Positions 1-9,949 of a stretch of DNA of 64,000 bases are shown here, in pieces (the first letter of the stretch is position 1; each line of letters begins with the position of its first letter). Source of the DNA: an uncultured Gammaproteobacteria bacterium (lineage in GTDB: Bacteria > Pseudomonadota > Gammaproteobacteria > JAURND01); the NCBI GenBank assembly GCA_963714975.1, contig CAVQQD010000002.1:864001-928000 (forward strand), in the 5' to 3' direction. The notes under the pieces were generated by a model. The model saw only the letters and a list, made by a program, of their open reading frames with translations, had not been told where the DNA came from and searched no databases. The position numbers and the translations under genes were made by a program.

Positions 1-633
1 AGCAACACGGGAGAAATTGGGTTATTTAAAATTATCAATGAATCAGGTGTCGCCGCTGGAATAAGACGTATTGAAGCTGTCACAGGAACAGGTGCACTGG
101 AATGGGTAGCTCAGCAAGAGTTCTATTTGCGGCAAGCGGCAGAGCTTTTAAAGGTTTCTAAAGAAGGAGTGGTATCTAGAATCAAGCAATTATTAGAACA
201 AACTCGAGATCAGGAAAGGGCATTAGGTCAAGTAAAGCGAGAATTGATCCGCAGTCAATTGGAAGAACAGATTGCAACAGCACCAGTGATTGAGAACGTT
301 ATTACTTTGGCGACCTCGGTAGATGAAGCAGATTCAGAAACATTGCGTCAATTAGTTGACCATATGAGGCAAAAGACAGCTAATATTGTCATTGTCTTAG
401 CAAGTAGAAGTACAGCTGGAGGTAAGGTGCAGCTGGTAGCAGGTGTTACTAAATCCTTAGCGGATAAACTATCTGCTCGAGATTTGGTCAGTTTTGTTGC
501 TGAGCAAATAGGTGGTAAAGGAGGTGGTCGTTCTGATTTAGCACAAGGTGGTGGTGACCGTATTGAAAATCTTGATAACGCATTAGCGCAAGTAACCAGC
601 TGGGTGGCAGAGAAATTGAGGAATAAAACATGA
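1..633 (+). CDS. alaS: Alanine--tRNA ligase, C-terminal part (runs off window start)
   Basis: Frame from base 1 reads NTGEIGLFKIINESGVAAGIRRIEAVTG; C-terminal GGKGGGRSDLAQGGG (DHHA1); alaS-lysC-csrA synteny. Confidence 0.97.
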   Translation, partial: SNTGEIGLFKIINESGVAAGIRRIEAVTGTGALEWVAQQEFYLRQAAELLKVSKEGVVSRIKQLLEQTRDQERALGQVKRELIRSQLEEQIATAPVIENVITLATSVDEADSETLRQLVDHMRQKTANIVIVLASRSTAGGKVQLVAGVTKSLADKLSARDLVSFVAEQIGGKGGGRSDLAQGGGDRIENLDNALAQVTSWVAEKLRNKT

Positions 634-1862
634 CCTTAATTATTCAAAAATTTGGTGGCACCTCTGTAGGTAGCATCGAGCGCATCAACCATGTGGCTGA
701 TAAGATTTTACATACCAAAAATCAAGGGCATCAAGTCGTTGTAGTTTCTTCCGCTATGGATGATGCTACTGATAAATTGATTGAACTAGCAACTTCAATA
801 TGTGATCATCCTGATACTCGAGAATATGATGTTTTAGTCTCCACGGGTGAGCAGGTGGCAGTCGCTTTATTAAGCATGACCCTTATTCACAAAGGATGTC
901 CGGCGCGTTCTTATACCGGGTTGCAAGCTAACATTAAAACCAACGCTGTGCATAAAAAAGCACGTATTACTAACATCAGCCCTGCGTCTCTTAAGGATGA
1001 CCTCGCTGCTGGAATAGTACCTGTGGTGGCTGGATTTCAGGGATATGACTTACAGGGAAATATTACCACTCTTGGGCGGGGAGGGTCTGATACAACCGCT
1101 GTGGCATTGGCCGCTGCTTTAAAAGCAGATGAATGCCAAATTTACACCGACGTAGAGGGCGTATATACTACTGATCCCCGCGTAGTGCCAGCAGCTCGAT
1201 TGCTTGACCGCATTACCTTTGAAGAAATGTTAGAAATGGCAAGTTTAGGATCTCAAGTATTACAGCTGCGCGCATTAGAGTTTGCGGGAAAATATAATGT
1301 GCCAGTGCGTGTTTTGTCGACTTTCTTACCAGGGCCAGGAACTTTGATTAGTTTTGAAGATAACAGTATGGAACAGCCATTAGTATCAGGGATTGCCTTT
1401 GATCGCGATCAAGCCAGGATTGCTGTCATTGGTATTCCAGATCACCCAGGCGTTTCTAGCCATATTTTAGAGGCTGTAAGTGCAGCGAATATTGACGTTG
1501 ATATGATCATACAGAATGTACCTGCGCATGATGCAACTATTGATTTTAGCTTCACAGTGCAACGTGATGACTATAAAATGGCTTACGCTATTATGGAAAA
1601 ATTAGTCAAGGAGTCAGGTGCTAAAGGGCTTTTGGGTAATGCTAAAGTTGCAAAGCTGTCATTAATAGGAGTAGGAATGCGTTCTCATGCGGGGGTCGCC
1701 ACAACGATGTTTAAGACCTTAGCTCGGGAAAATATTAATATCCAAATGGTTTCTACTTCGGAGATTAAGATATCGGTCATTATTGATGAAAAATATCTTG
1801 AGTTAGGAGCTCGTAGTCTTCATACTGTCTTTGAGTTAGATGTAGAGCCTGTAGAAGAGTAG
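630..1862 (+). CDS. lysC: Aspartate kinase with two ACT domains
   Basis: QKFGGTSVG, TTLGRGGSDTTA, YTDVEGVYTTDPR motifs. Confidence 0.96.
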   Translation: MTLIIQKFGGTSVGSIERINHVADKILHTKNQGHQVVVVSSAMDDATDKLIELATSICDHPDTREYDVLVSTGEQVAVALLSMTLIHKGCPARSYTGLQANIKTNAVHKKARITNISPASLKDDLAAGIVPVVAGFQGYDLQGNITTLGRGGSDTTAVALAAALKADECQIYTDVEGVYTTDPRVVPAARLLDRITFEEMLEMASLGSQVLQLRALEFAGKYNVPVRVLSTFLPGPGTLISFEDNSMEQPLVSGIAFDRDQARIAVIGIPDHPGVSSHILEAVSAANIDVDMIIQNVPAHDATIDFSFTVQRDDYKMAYAIMEKLVKESGAKGLLGNAKVAKLSLIGVGMRSHAGVATTMFKTLARENINIQMVSTSEIKISVIIDEKYLELGARSLHTVFELDVEPVEE

Positions 1863-2246
1863 TCTTACTTACTTATTAGTTTTTTTAAAAATTTGTGTAA
1901 GTAATTGTTTCTTTTTTCAGGTGGATTGAGTTATAGTTTTTAGTTTCTTATCTAACTTAAAGATAAGGCGCAGTAAAAGTAGAAATAAAAGTATAAAAAT
2001 AGGGTGAAGGATTGTAGGTTCTGTTTTTCCGCAAGGATTTGCCAAGATTCATCTTCTTTTAGGAAATTTACCTAAGTTGACTGAGTAGAACCTGAAAAAT
2101 GGATAGTTTTGCTACTTTATGGCAAACTTGTTCGTTTTTGCCATAAGTATGGATATTGATAGCTCCGCTGTGGGGCTATTTTTAAGATTATAATAGCTAT
2201 GAAGGAAGAAGTTTATTAAAAGGATTATATTAAAAGGAGAATCATA

Positions 2247-2444
2247 ATGTTAATCTTGACCAGACGTATTGGAGAATCTGTGATAATTGGTGATGATATC
2301 ACTATTACAGTGCTCGGGGTTAAAGGCAATCAAGTTCGCTTAGGTGTCAATGCACCCAAAGAAATTTCTGTACACCGTGAGGAAATTTACAAGCGTATTA
2401 AGCAAGAACAATCTGGCGATATAAAAGAAGAGCCAGAAGAATAA
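2247..2444 (+). CDS. csrA: Carbon storage regulator CsrA
   Basis: [11 protein letters not shown]...[22 protein letters not shown]; AAGGAG RBS. Confidence 0.98.
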   Translation: MLILTRRIGESVIIGDDITITVLGVKGNQVRLGVNAPKEISVHREEIYKRIKQEQSGDIKEEPEE

Positions 2445-2477
2445 TTCTATATGGCTCGGCCCAGAGAAGTTTTCGCT

Positions 2478-2570
2478 GGAGAGATGGCCGAGAGGCTGAA
2501 GGCGCTCCCCTGCTAAGGGAGTATGGGGTCAAAAACTCCATCGAGGGTTCGAATCCCTCTCTCTCCGCCA
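2478..2570 (+). tRNA. tRNA-Ser(GCT)
   Basis: GGAGAGA acceptor stem, CTCCC-CTGCTAA-GGGAG anticodon arm, long variable arm, GGTTCGAATCC, 3' CCA. Confidence 0.96.
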
Positions 2571-2581
2571 GTATCTCATAT

Positions 2582-2658
2582 GCGCCCGTAGCTCAGTTGG
2601 ATAGAGTACCTGGCTACGAACCAGGGGGTCGGGAGTTCGAATCTCTCCGGGCGCGCCA
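2582..2658 (+). tRNA. tRNA-Arg(ACG)
   Basis: GCGCCCG acceptor stem, CCTGG-CTACGAA-CCAGG anticodon arm, TTCGAAT T-loop, CCA. Confidence 0.96.
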
Positions 2659-2721
2659 ATCATTTTTCACCTATAATTAAATAGGAGAGTTAGGTGATTG
2701 AAGATTGAGAGGAGAACGACA

Positions 2722-3180
2722 ATGTTAACCCCGAGATTACAAAAATTTCTTGATGAAAACCATACAAACTATCGTTCAATTCCTCATACTCCAGCGTATA
2801 CTGCGCAGGAAATCGCAGCTATTTCACATATACCCGGTAAGGAATTTGCAAAGACCGTCATTATTAAAATTGATGGAAAGTTAGCTATGTTTGTTATGCC
2901 TGCCAACTTTAAGCTTAATTTAAAAGCGTTGGAAAAATGGTTAGGCGCTAAAAAATTAGAGCTAGCTGCAGAATCCGAATTTCAAGATTGGTTTCCAGAA
3001 TGTGAGATGGGAGCGATGCCGCCTTTTGGCAATTTATATAATATGGACGTATACGTTGAAGACCTCTTGGCAGAGGATGAGAAGATAGTTTTTAATGCTG
3101 GTAGCCATGACGATCTTGTTGAGCTATCTTTTAAAGATTTTGAAAGACTTGCTAGGCCTCAAAGGGTACACTTACATTAA
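2722..3180 (+). CDS. YbaK/EbsC family aminoacyl-tRNA deacylase
   Basis: AKTVIIK, CEMGAMPPFG, FNAGSH motifs; AGGAG before ATG 2722. Confidence 0.9.
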   Translation: MLTPRLQKFLDENHTNYRSIPHTPAYTAQEIAAISHIPGKEFAKTVIIKIDGKLAMFVMPANFKLNLKALEKWLGAKKLELAAESEFQDWFPECEMGAMPPFGNLYNMDVYVEDLLAEDEKIVFNAGSHDDLVELSFKDFERLARPQRVHLH

Positions 3181-3195
3181 AAAGGAGGATAAAGT

Positions 3196-3747
3196 ATGCC
3201 ACTTCCCTTAGAAGTGACTCTGCGCGGTATTGAAAATTCAGAAGCGATAGAAGCTAAAATTCGGAAAAAAGTAGATAAATTAGCCTTATTTTATCGCCGC
3301 ATTGAGTTTTGTGAGATAGTAGTAGAACTTGAGCAAAATCATAAACACCAGGGGAAATTATTTGGTGTTAATCTAGAAGTAGGCGTTCCAGGTAAGCGAT
3401 TAGTAGTCAACCATCAGCGAAATGAAGATCTTCATGTGGCTATTCGCGACGCATTTGCTGCTATGAGAAGGAAAGTAAAGGCTTACGCAGAACGCCAGAG
3501 AGGTTTTGTTAAAGCTCATATGGAGCCATTGGTGGGTAAGGTTATACGTATCTTTGAAGACTATGGCTTTATTGAAGCAGTAGATGGTAGAGAATTTTAC
3601 TTTAATGCGATGAATGTCCTACATCCGAATTTTGTAGATTTAGAGGTAGGGGCTACAGTAACCTTTATAGATTCTGGAATGGGTGATAGCGATAGTTTAC
3701 AGGCAAGTCATGTATCGACTCACCAGGAAGAGGAACAGTACGAGTAA
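3196..3747 (+). CDS. HPF/RaiA family ribosome-associated protein fused to a cold-shock-like domain
   Basis: N-terminal S30AE-like region (EDLHVAIRDAFAAMRRK); C-terminal GKVIRIFEDYGFIEAVDGREFYF. Confidence 0.85.
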   Translation: MPLPLEVTLRGIENSEAIEAKIRKKVDKLALFYRRIEFCEIVVELEQNHKHQGKLFGVNLEVGVPGKRLVVNHQRNEDLHVAIRDAFAAMRRKVKAYAERQRGFVKAHMEPLVGKVIRIFEDYGFIEAVDGREFYFNAMNVLHPNFVDLEVGATVTFIDSGMGDSDSLQASHVSTHQEEEQYE

Positions 3748-3757
3748 TTTTTGGTAT

Positions 3758-3800
3758 TCGGGCATGACACCTGCGCTCGGGATGGACACCTAGGGAGTTA
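3758..3800. repeat. Family-C palindrome remnant (CGCTCGGGATGAC type)
   Basis: cgctcgggat(g)gacacct-gggagtta is nearly identical to 61434-61459. Confidence 0.6.
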
Positions 3801-3814
3801 TTTTTATTTTAAAA

Positions 3815-4864
3815 TTATCCGGCAAAGATGAGTTGTTGCTGAGATGCCAGAAGGGCGTAATAATTTAAAGTTTTTTCTAGCGCAATAACTAAATTTGTTT
3901 TAGGTTGCCAATTTAAGTACTGTTTGGCATTTGCAATGGATGGAACTCTAGCTGAAATATCTTGATAGCTGGATCCATAATATTCGTCTCCTGTGACATT
4001 ACGCAGCTGAATATTATTGGCGTTGTCAGTGAATTCTGGATAATTTTTTGCCAAATTAATCAATGTTTCTGCAAGTTCTCTAATTGAAAAGTCATTAGCA
4101 GGGTTGCCAATATTAAAAATACGATTTTCTGCACAGTGATTTTTGTTTTCAATGATTTTTAGTAAACATTCAATGCCATCGTCTAAATAAGTAAAGCTGC
4201 GGCGCTGCGAACCCCCATTAACCAGCTGAATATCTTCACCGTGGATGATATTGCTAATAAATTGAGTCACAACTCTTGAGCTTCCTTCTTTTAAGGAAAA
4301 CACATTATCCTGCTTAGGACCTATCCAATTAAATGGACGAAAAATAGTGAAAGATAGGTTACGATGCTTTCCATAGGCATAGATAATGCGGTCAAGTAAC
4401 TGTTTTGAGCAAGAATAAATCCAACGTTCTTTTTGGATTGGACCTAAAACAAGCGTGGAGGTTTCTTCATTAAATTCTTCTTCTTCGCACATGCCATATA
4501 CTTCGGATGTAGAAGGAAATAAGACACGAGTTTGATATTTAACGCATTGGCGAATAATTTGTAAATTAGCTTCAAAGTCTAATTCAAAGACGCGTAGGGG
4601 ATCCTGTACATAGATTGCAGGGGTAGCAATGGCGACTAACGGCAAAGCTACATCACATTTTTTGATGTGATACTCGATCCATTCTTTGTTAATGGAGATA
4701 TCTCCTTCTAAGAAGTGAAAACGCTTATTGGCTAAGCTATGTTCTAACTTATCGCATCCCATATCCATCCCGAAAATTTCCCAGTCAGTGTATTTCAAGA
4801 TAGCTTCAGTAAGACCGTTACCAATAAAACCGTTTACTCCTAAAATTAAGATTTTAAGACTCAT
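3815..4864 (-). CDS. arnA: Stand-alone ArnA dehydrogenase/decarboxylase domain (UDP-4-keto-pentose/UDP-xylose synthase type)
   Basis: ILILGVNGFIG, PLVAIATP, FPSTSEVYG, RWIYSCSKQLLDR, FRPFNWIGP; no formyltransferase domain. Confidence 0.9.
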   Translation of the reverse strand: MSLKILILGVNGFIGNGLTEAILKYTDWEIFGMDMGCDKLEHSLANKRFHFLEGDISINKEWIEYHIKKCDVALPLVAIATPAIYVQDPLRVFELDFEANLQIIRQCVKYQTRVLFPSTSEVYGMCEEEEFNEETSTLVLGPIQKERWIYSCSKQLLDRIIYAYGKHRNLSFTIFRPFNWIGPKQDNVFSLKEGSSRVVTQFISNIIHGEDIQLVNGGSQRRSFTYLDDGIECLLKIIENKNHCAENRIFNIGNPANDFSIRELAETLINLAKNYPEFTDNANNIQLRNVTGDEYYGSSYQDISARVPSIANAKQYLNWQPKTNLVIALEKTLNYYALLASQQQLIFAG

Positions 4865-5810
4865 GGGGAGGCTCCTGGATATCGACTAAGCGTCGGATAA
4901 CAAATCTTGGACGTTGCCGTACTTCCTGATAAATACGGCCAATATATTCACCTAGAATGCCCAATCCTAAGAGACATAGCCCAATCAGGAAAAATGCAAT
5001 CGCAAATAAAGTAAATACTCCCTGGGCTTCAGGACCCACTATGAGTCGTCGCAAGACGAGATAAGCAACCAAGAGGCCACTCAAGCAAGAAACCAAGATA
5101 CCAATTAAAGTAAACAACTGCAGGGGAACAAGGGAAAAATTGGTAACTAAATCAAAATTATAGCGTATCAAGCGATAAAGATTATATTTGGACTTCCCTA
5201 ATTGGCGTGCTTCATGAGACACCGGGATATCACATGATTTACTTGCATAGCTAAGTGCTAATGCTGGAATAAATGTGTTTGACTCCTTACTGGATACCAT
5301 AAGGTCTACGATATGTCGGCGATAAGCTCGTAACATGCACCCTTGATCTTTCATGTTAAAATTAGGCATGATCTTCGCGCGGATTTTATTATGTAATTTA
5401 GAAAAAAAACGACGCCACCATAAGTCTCGTCGATTTTCTCGATAACCACCTACAACATCAAAGCCTTGTTCAATCATGGCTATGAAACGTGGGATATCTT
5501 CGGGTAAGTTTTGCAGGTCAGCATCCATGGTTACCACAATCTCTCCACGTACGTATTCAAATCCAGCCATAATGGCAAGATGTTGCCCATAGTTGGTATT
5601 GAAATGAATCGCACGAATGACATCAGGGCGCTTATTACGCAGCTCATCTAAAATGTTCTCAGATAAATCCGTGCTACCATCATTGGTGAAAATAATTTCA
5701 TAAGGTTTATTCATTTCATCCAGGGTCGAAGTCAATCGGTTATAGAGATTTTCTAAACTTTCTTGCTCATTATAAACCGGGATTACAATACTAATATAAG
5801 GTTTGGTCAT
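4854..5810 (-). CDS. arnC: Undecaprenyl-phosphate glycosyltransferase, GT2, ArnC-like
   Basis: SIVIPVYNE, NDGSTD, MDADLQN, GCMLRAYRR, two C-terminal TM helices, GEYIGRIY. Confidence 0.88.
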   Translation of the reverse strand: MTKPYISIVIPVYNEQESLENLYNRLTSTLDEMNKPYEIIFTNDGSTDLSENILDELRNKRPDVIRAIHFNTNYGQHLAIMAGFEYVRGEIVVTMDADLQNLPEDIPRFIAMIEQGFDVVGGYRENRRDLWWRRFFSKLHNKIRAKIMPNFNMKDQGCMLRAYRRHIVDLMVSSKESNTFIPALALSYASKSCDIPVSHEARQLGKSKYNLYRLIRYNFDLVTNFSLVPLQLFTLIGILVSCLSGLLVAYLVLRRLIVGPEAQGVFTLFAIAFFLIGLCLLGLGILGEYIGRIYQEVRQRPRFVIRRLVDIQEPPHES

Positions 5811-5819
5811 AGGGGCCTC

Positions 5820-6191
5820 TCAACTGCGTGCGACTAAATAAACTCCAAGCAAAATGATCAAGATTCCTGACATACGAGTGACAGTGAGTTGTTCATTAAA
5901 AAAATAATAAGCTGCAATCGCATTGACAATATAACCTAAACTAACCATTGGGTAAGCAATGGTGACATCAACACGAGACAAAACTCCTATCCATACAACA
6001 ACACTAATAGCGTAAAACAGTATCCCTAAAATAATAAAATGATTTCCTACAAGCTGCATTCCTATTGAGATCAGATTTTCCCAACTAAAGGATAGGTGAC
6101 TGATTTTTTGCGCCCCAGCCTTTAATAATAACTGGGCACTAGCATTTAAGAGAACTCCCAACAATATCCAAGGAAGGAAAATTAAGTTCAT
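5820..6191 (-). CDS. ArnE/ArnF-like EamA/SMR flippase subunit
   Basis: 123 aa, four TM helices, LSRVDVTIAYP motif, arn context. Confidence 0.8.
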   Translation of the reverse strand: MNLIFLPWILLGVLLNASAQLLLKAGAQKISHLSFSWENLISIGMQLVGNHFIILGILFYAISVVVWIGVLSRVDVTIAYPMVSLGYIVNAIAAYYFFNEQLTVTRMSGILIILLGVYLVARS

Positions 6192-7865
6192 AGAGGTCTA
6201 TTTGTAAGTAAAATGTTTTTGGACGTTTGCATTATGGGATATAGTTGTGAGTAAACATCCTTATTAATTAGATAATCTTTTAAGGTCATTATCATAAACA
6301 TCTGTGGAGAATTTTGCCAGTGTTTCCAAAAACTTGCTTCATCGAGTATCCAGGTACGAGTATCCTGATGTCGCATACCAAACGCCAATTCCCCGTGATA
6401 ACCCACCACTGTTACCGTCCGTCCCAAATAAAAAGGTAGATCTTTGGTAGTATTGATGATAAGCAGCTACCTCCGTATCAGGTTGTAATAGGGGTCTCAG
6501 AGTTAAGGCCAAGGGTTTAATAGATCTGCCGTCGATCGTTGGGTAACTGAAATTTAAAGAAACAAAAAATAAACTCATTCCTATGAATAATGTCAGAAAA
6601 CCAACTCTGAATCCCTTAATTTGATAAATAACTACGGCGAGTAGCGAGCTAATAGCCAGAAGAATGAGGGACAAATACCAATAAATTTGCTGAAAGTTAG
6701 CTACTGTAACGGGATGGACAGCAATTAAGCCCGCAAGACTAAGACCGACTCCTAAAAAACCAACACTGAGAAATCCAATATTTAAAGGCATTCTCGCTGC
6801 AGGAATTCCTTCCCAGTATGGGGTGAAATAAACAGCTAATAGAATAGCTAAAGGGGGGAGGGCAGGCAGTGCATACGAAATAAGGAGAGAACGCGATAGC
6901 GTAAAAAATACCAATAACACCAGCACCCAAATCACAAAAAACGCTGTAACCTCATATTGATGGCGTTTTTGCCAAAAAAACTGAGGTCTAAAAGAAAAGA
7001 GCTGTTTAAAAGGGAAAGAGGTTAATAAAAAAACAACCCAAGGGAAGAACCCAGCAGCGACCGTAGCAGGGAAAAACCAAATTGCCTGCCTGCGTTGAGC
7101 ATAATCCGTGAGATAACGTAATAAATGCTGGTCAAAAAAATAGAATTTAAAAAATTCTGGATTTCTGACTTGAATTGCTAAATGCCAAGGTAAAGTAATA
7201 ACTACAAATAATAGAAAACCCGAAGGAAGGCAGTAATATTTAAGTTCACGCCATTTGTTGAACACGCCTATCCAGACCAAAATAATTAATCCCGGAAAAA
7301 CAACCCCGATCAGTCCTTTGGCTAGAGTGGCTAAAGCAGCGAATCCATACATAGTCCAAAAATAATAGACCCTAGAAGGCTGCTTTAAGTTACAAGCTCC
7401 CAGAATAAAGGCTAGCAGGGAAATACTCAGGCAAACAGTTAATGTGAGATCAGGGCTCACAAAATGAGATAAAGTCACATATAAAGCGCTGCTAGCCAGT
7501 ATTAAGCCAGCTAATAAACCGCAATTACGGCTATAAAGTTTGCGTGCTGCTGTATACACAGCAAGGCATCCGATAAGCCCAATTAGCACTGGAAAAAAAC
7601 GTAAACACCACTCCTCAGTTCCAAAAAATTGGATAGCCGATCGTTCAATCCAATAGAAGAGCGGAGGTTTTTCGAAATATTTGATGCCATTTAAATGGGG
7701 GGTAAGGAAGTTACCCATCGTGGCCATTTCTCGAGCTATTTCGGCATAACGTCCTTCATCCGGGACCATTAATGGCCTGCTTCCTAAGAAAATAGCGTAA
7801 ATAATGCCAAGGGTAAGCGTTAAAAGTAAAATATCATTTAGCCAAGACCGTTTAGAGGATGTCAT
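6188..7865 (-). CDS. arnT: ArnT-family (GT83) lipid A glycosyltransferase; one apparent frameshift near 6440
   Basis: PDEGRYAEIAREM, YFEKPPLFYW, LAKGLIG; removing one A restores YQDLPFYLGR and joins ORF 6188-6427. Confidence 0.88.
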
Positions 7866-8587
7866 AATCTGTATAACTCAATTTTATCTACTCGACCTTC
7901 TACGGCAACTGCGCCAATATAATCTTCGCTAGGTTGTAAATCCTCTAATGTCCACTTAGTGGCCTTAAGTGTATCGGCATGAATTGACTTTAGTTTAGCA
8001 AAATTTTTGTCCAAATTCACCTCAAAATCGTGTAATGGAAAAGAAAGTCCTTCTCCAATTGCTTTTATAAAGGCCTCTTTGCGTGTCCATATCCTAAAAA
8101 ATGCGGTTATTTGCTGTTCTGGTGGTTGAGATTGCAAGGCTATAGTCTCATTGGGGGCAAAAAACCGCTCGGCTAAAGATAAGGCTTCAATGTCATTGCG
8201 AATCCATTCAATGTCGACTCCAACTGGGTTAATTTTGGTAAAAGCATATAAGGCAAAGAGGTTGGTATCCGACTGATTAAAATAGAGTGGCTCCGACCGG
8301 AATATTTTTGACACTAATTCTGGTTTTCCATGGCTTCCATAGCTGAAAACAACAGTTTTTGGGGAACAGCCTAAGTATTTCGATAATAAAATGCGCAAAG
8401 TACCTTTGGCTGCAATGAATCGCTGTTGCAACTGAGGAAACTTAAAACGGGCAGCTCGATTAAATTCTGCTTCTGAAAGCAAGGTTTGTAAGTAATTCAC
8501 CTGCTCCGGAGAAATTTCCAAATTAGCACGCCAAATATGTATTTCATGCGCTTCTAATTTGAAGTTCTCCGGTGCTGGCTTCCACAT
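7862..8587 (-). CDS. Sfp-type 4'-phosphopantetheinyl transferase
   Basis: HGKP, VGVDIE, FFRIWTRKEAFIKAIGEGL motifs. Confidence 0.93.
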   Translation of the reverse strand: MWKPAPENFKLEAHEIHIWRANLEISPEQVNYLQTLLSEAEFNRAARFKFPQLQQRFIAAKGTLRILLSKYLGCSPKTVVFSYGSHGKPELVSKIFRSEPLYFNQSDTNLFALYAFTKINPVGVDIEWIRNDIEALSLAERFFAPNETIALQSQPPEQQITAFFRIWTRKEAFIKAIGEGLSFPLHDFEVNLDKNFAKLKSIHADTLKATKWTLEDLQPSEDYIGAVAVEGRVDKIELYRL

Positions 8588-8602
8588 CTGTCAGGCTAAT
8601 TT

Positions 8603-9046
8603 CTAGTAGCGATGACCATAGTATTCACATCCGCAGATAGACATTTGCCCTGGTATGGTGGTTCTCCATTGGCCTGTCCATTTAGCTTGGTAACGCCCAC
8701 AGACGTGAGGACATTTGTGTTCCGCAACCCGTTGATTCCAAATTGGACCTGCTTGGACATCGAAAACTCTTTTGTGATGAGGGCGATGGGGAGGAGGGTA
8801 ATTAGCCTGGGTACACTGGAGATTACCGTTAATATTTTCTACGGAATTACACTCGTAGGGTGCTCTGAGTGAGGTATTGCGAGGAACGCCATTACGATCT
8901 TTGCAAGCACAGCTTAAAACGTTATGTTTCATATAACAGTCGTTGCAGGTTTGTAAATAACTCCCATTAGGCAAAGGCTTAGCTTCTGCCACGATGGAAA
9001 AAAACAAACAGGCAAACACACTGAATATTAGTAAGACTTTTTTCAT
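8603..9046 (-). CDS. Secreted protein with a cyanovirin-like (CVNH) half domain and an MVL mannan-binding lectin domain
   Basis: Signal peptide; GSYLQTC...LSCAC...NINGNLQC; DVQAGPIWNQ...KCP...WTGQWRTT...MSICGC; AGGAG RBS. Confidence 0.75.
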   Translation of the reverse strand: MKKVLLIFSVFACLFFSIVAEAKPLPNGSYLQTCNDCYMKHNVLSCACKDRNGVPRNTSLRAPYECNSVENINGNLQCTQANYPPPHRPHHKRVFDVQAGPIWNQRVAEHKCPHVCGRYQAKWTGQWRTTIPGQMSICGCEYYGHRY

Positions 9047-9188
9047 GATTTTACACTCCTTATGGTTTGAGGGATAAACACAGTAAATTATCTCCTGTGG
9101 GAGAGCAAGCGTCAAGGTTAAGCAATTTTTTTATAATATGCTATAGTGAAATTGGTATATTTTTTAATCTAACAGGGAGTTTATTCTT

Positions 9189-9701
9189 ATGGCAACTAAA
9201 CATAGAGTTACTAAAAGGAGAATATCAAATCCTTTTACCGCTCAGGTTAATTCCATTCAATCCTGCATCGATCAAGACTTGGATAAGATAACCAAATGCT
9301 ATCCAAAACTGTTGATTGATGTGGATAAGGCAATTAAAACTGTCACATTTGCACTAAAAAAAACCAAAAGCAAACCAGCTGGGCGTGGAAAAACAAAGGC
9401 TGGAAAGATGCTTCCTGGTAAACTCAAATCTACTGCTTCTATAGCTTCAGCTTCTACAGCTTTAGAAAAGCAATTACGCAGCTTGCGATCTGAAAAGCTT
9501 GGGATACAAGCTTCTTATAAGAAGCTCTTAGGCCAGAAAAAAGTGTTAAAGCAGTTTGAAAACACCTGTACAAAGCAACTGAGAAGCATCAATAACTCTG
9601 CAAGGGCTTCTAACTCAAGCAAGTTCAGGGGTATCAGACCAGTAGCTTCTTCTGCTTTTCTGGGAAGACAACATCATAACGTTTGGAGTAGCTTGCAATA
9701 A
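9189..9701 (+). CDS. Hypothetical basic, coiled-coil protein
   Basis: 170-aa Lys/Arg-rich ORF with GGGAG RBS; followed by hairpin at 9723-9747. Confidence 0.55.
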   Translation: MATKHRVTKRRISNPFTAQVNSIQSCIDQDLDKITKCYPKLLIDVDKAIKTVTFALKKTKSKPAGRGKTKAGKMLPGKLKSTASIASASTALEKQLRSLRSEKLGIQASYKKLLGQKKVLKQFENTCTKQLRSINNSARASNSSKFRGIRPVASSAFLGRQHHNVWSSLQ

Positions 9702-9767
9702 AGCTGGAGAACTGGTTTGACAGTTCCCGCAAGGCATTTGCGGGAACTGTTTCTTTCGGAGAAGTTT

Positions 9768-9926
9768 ATGTTTGGTGAAAAGGATTTTGAATTGGCTTAC
9801 CAATATTTACAAAATCATCATTATAGTAAAGCATTACCTTTCCTATATGAGGCAGCTCAACAAGGGCACCCTCTCGCTTATGTATGGATAGAAAATATTT
9901 ATATCCGTAATAACTTTGATGCTTAA
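9768..9926 (+). CDS. Single Sel1/TPR-like repeat microprotein
   Basis: YSKALPFLYEAAQQGHPLAYVW; paralogue at 12959; GGAG RBS. Confidence 0.6.
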   Translation: MFGEKDFELAYQYLQNHHYSKALPFLYEAAQQGHPLAYVWIENIYIRNNFDA

Positions 9927-9949
9927 AGACGTGGACGCTCCGCTCCGTC

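Noticed and set aside
1368-1862. Nested aspartokinase beta-subunit start (MEQPLVSG)
   Set aside because: A known feature of this enzyme class, and the upstream SD here is weak, so it cannot be supported from sequence alone.
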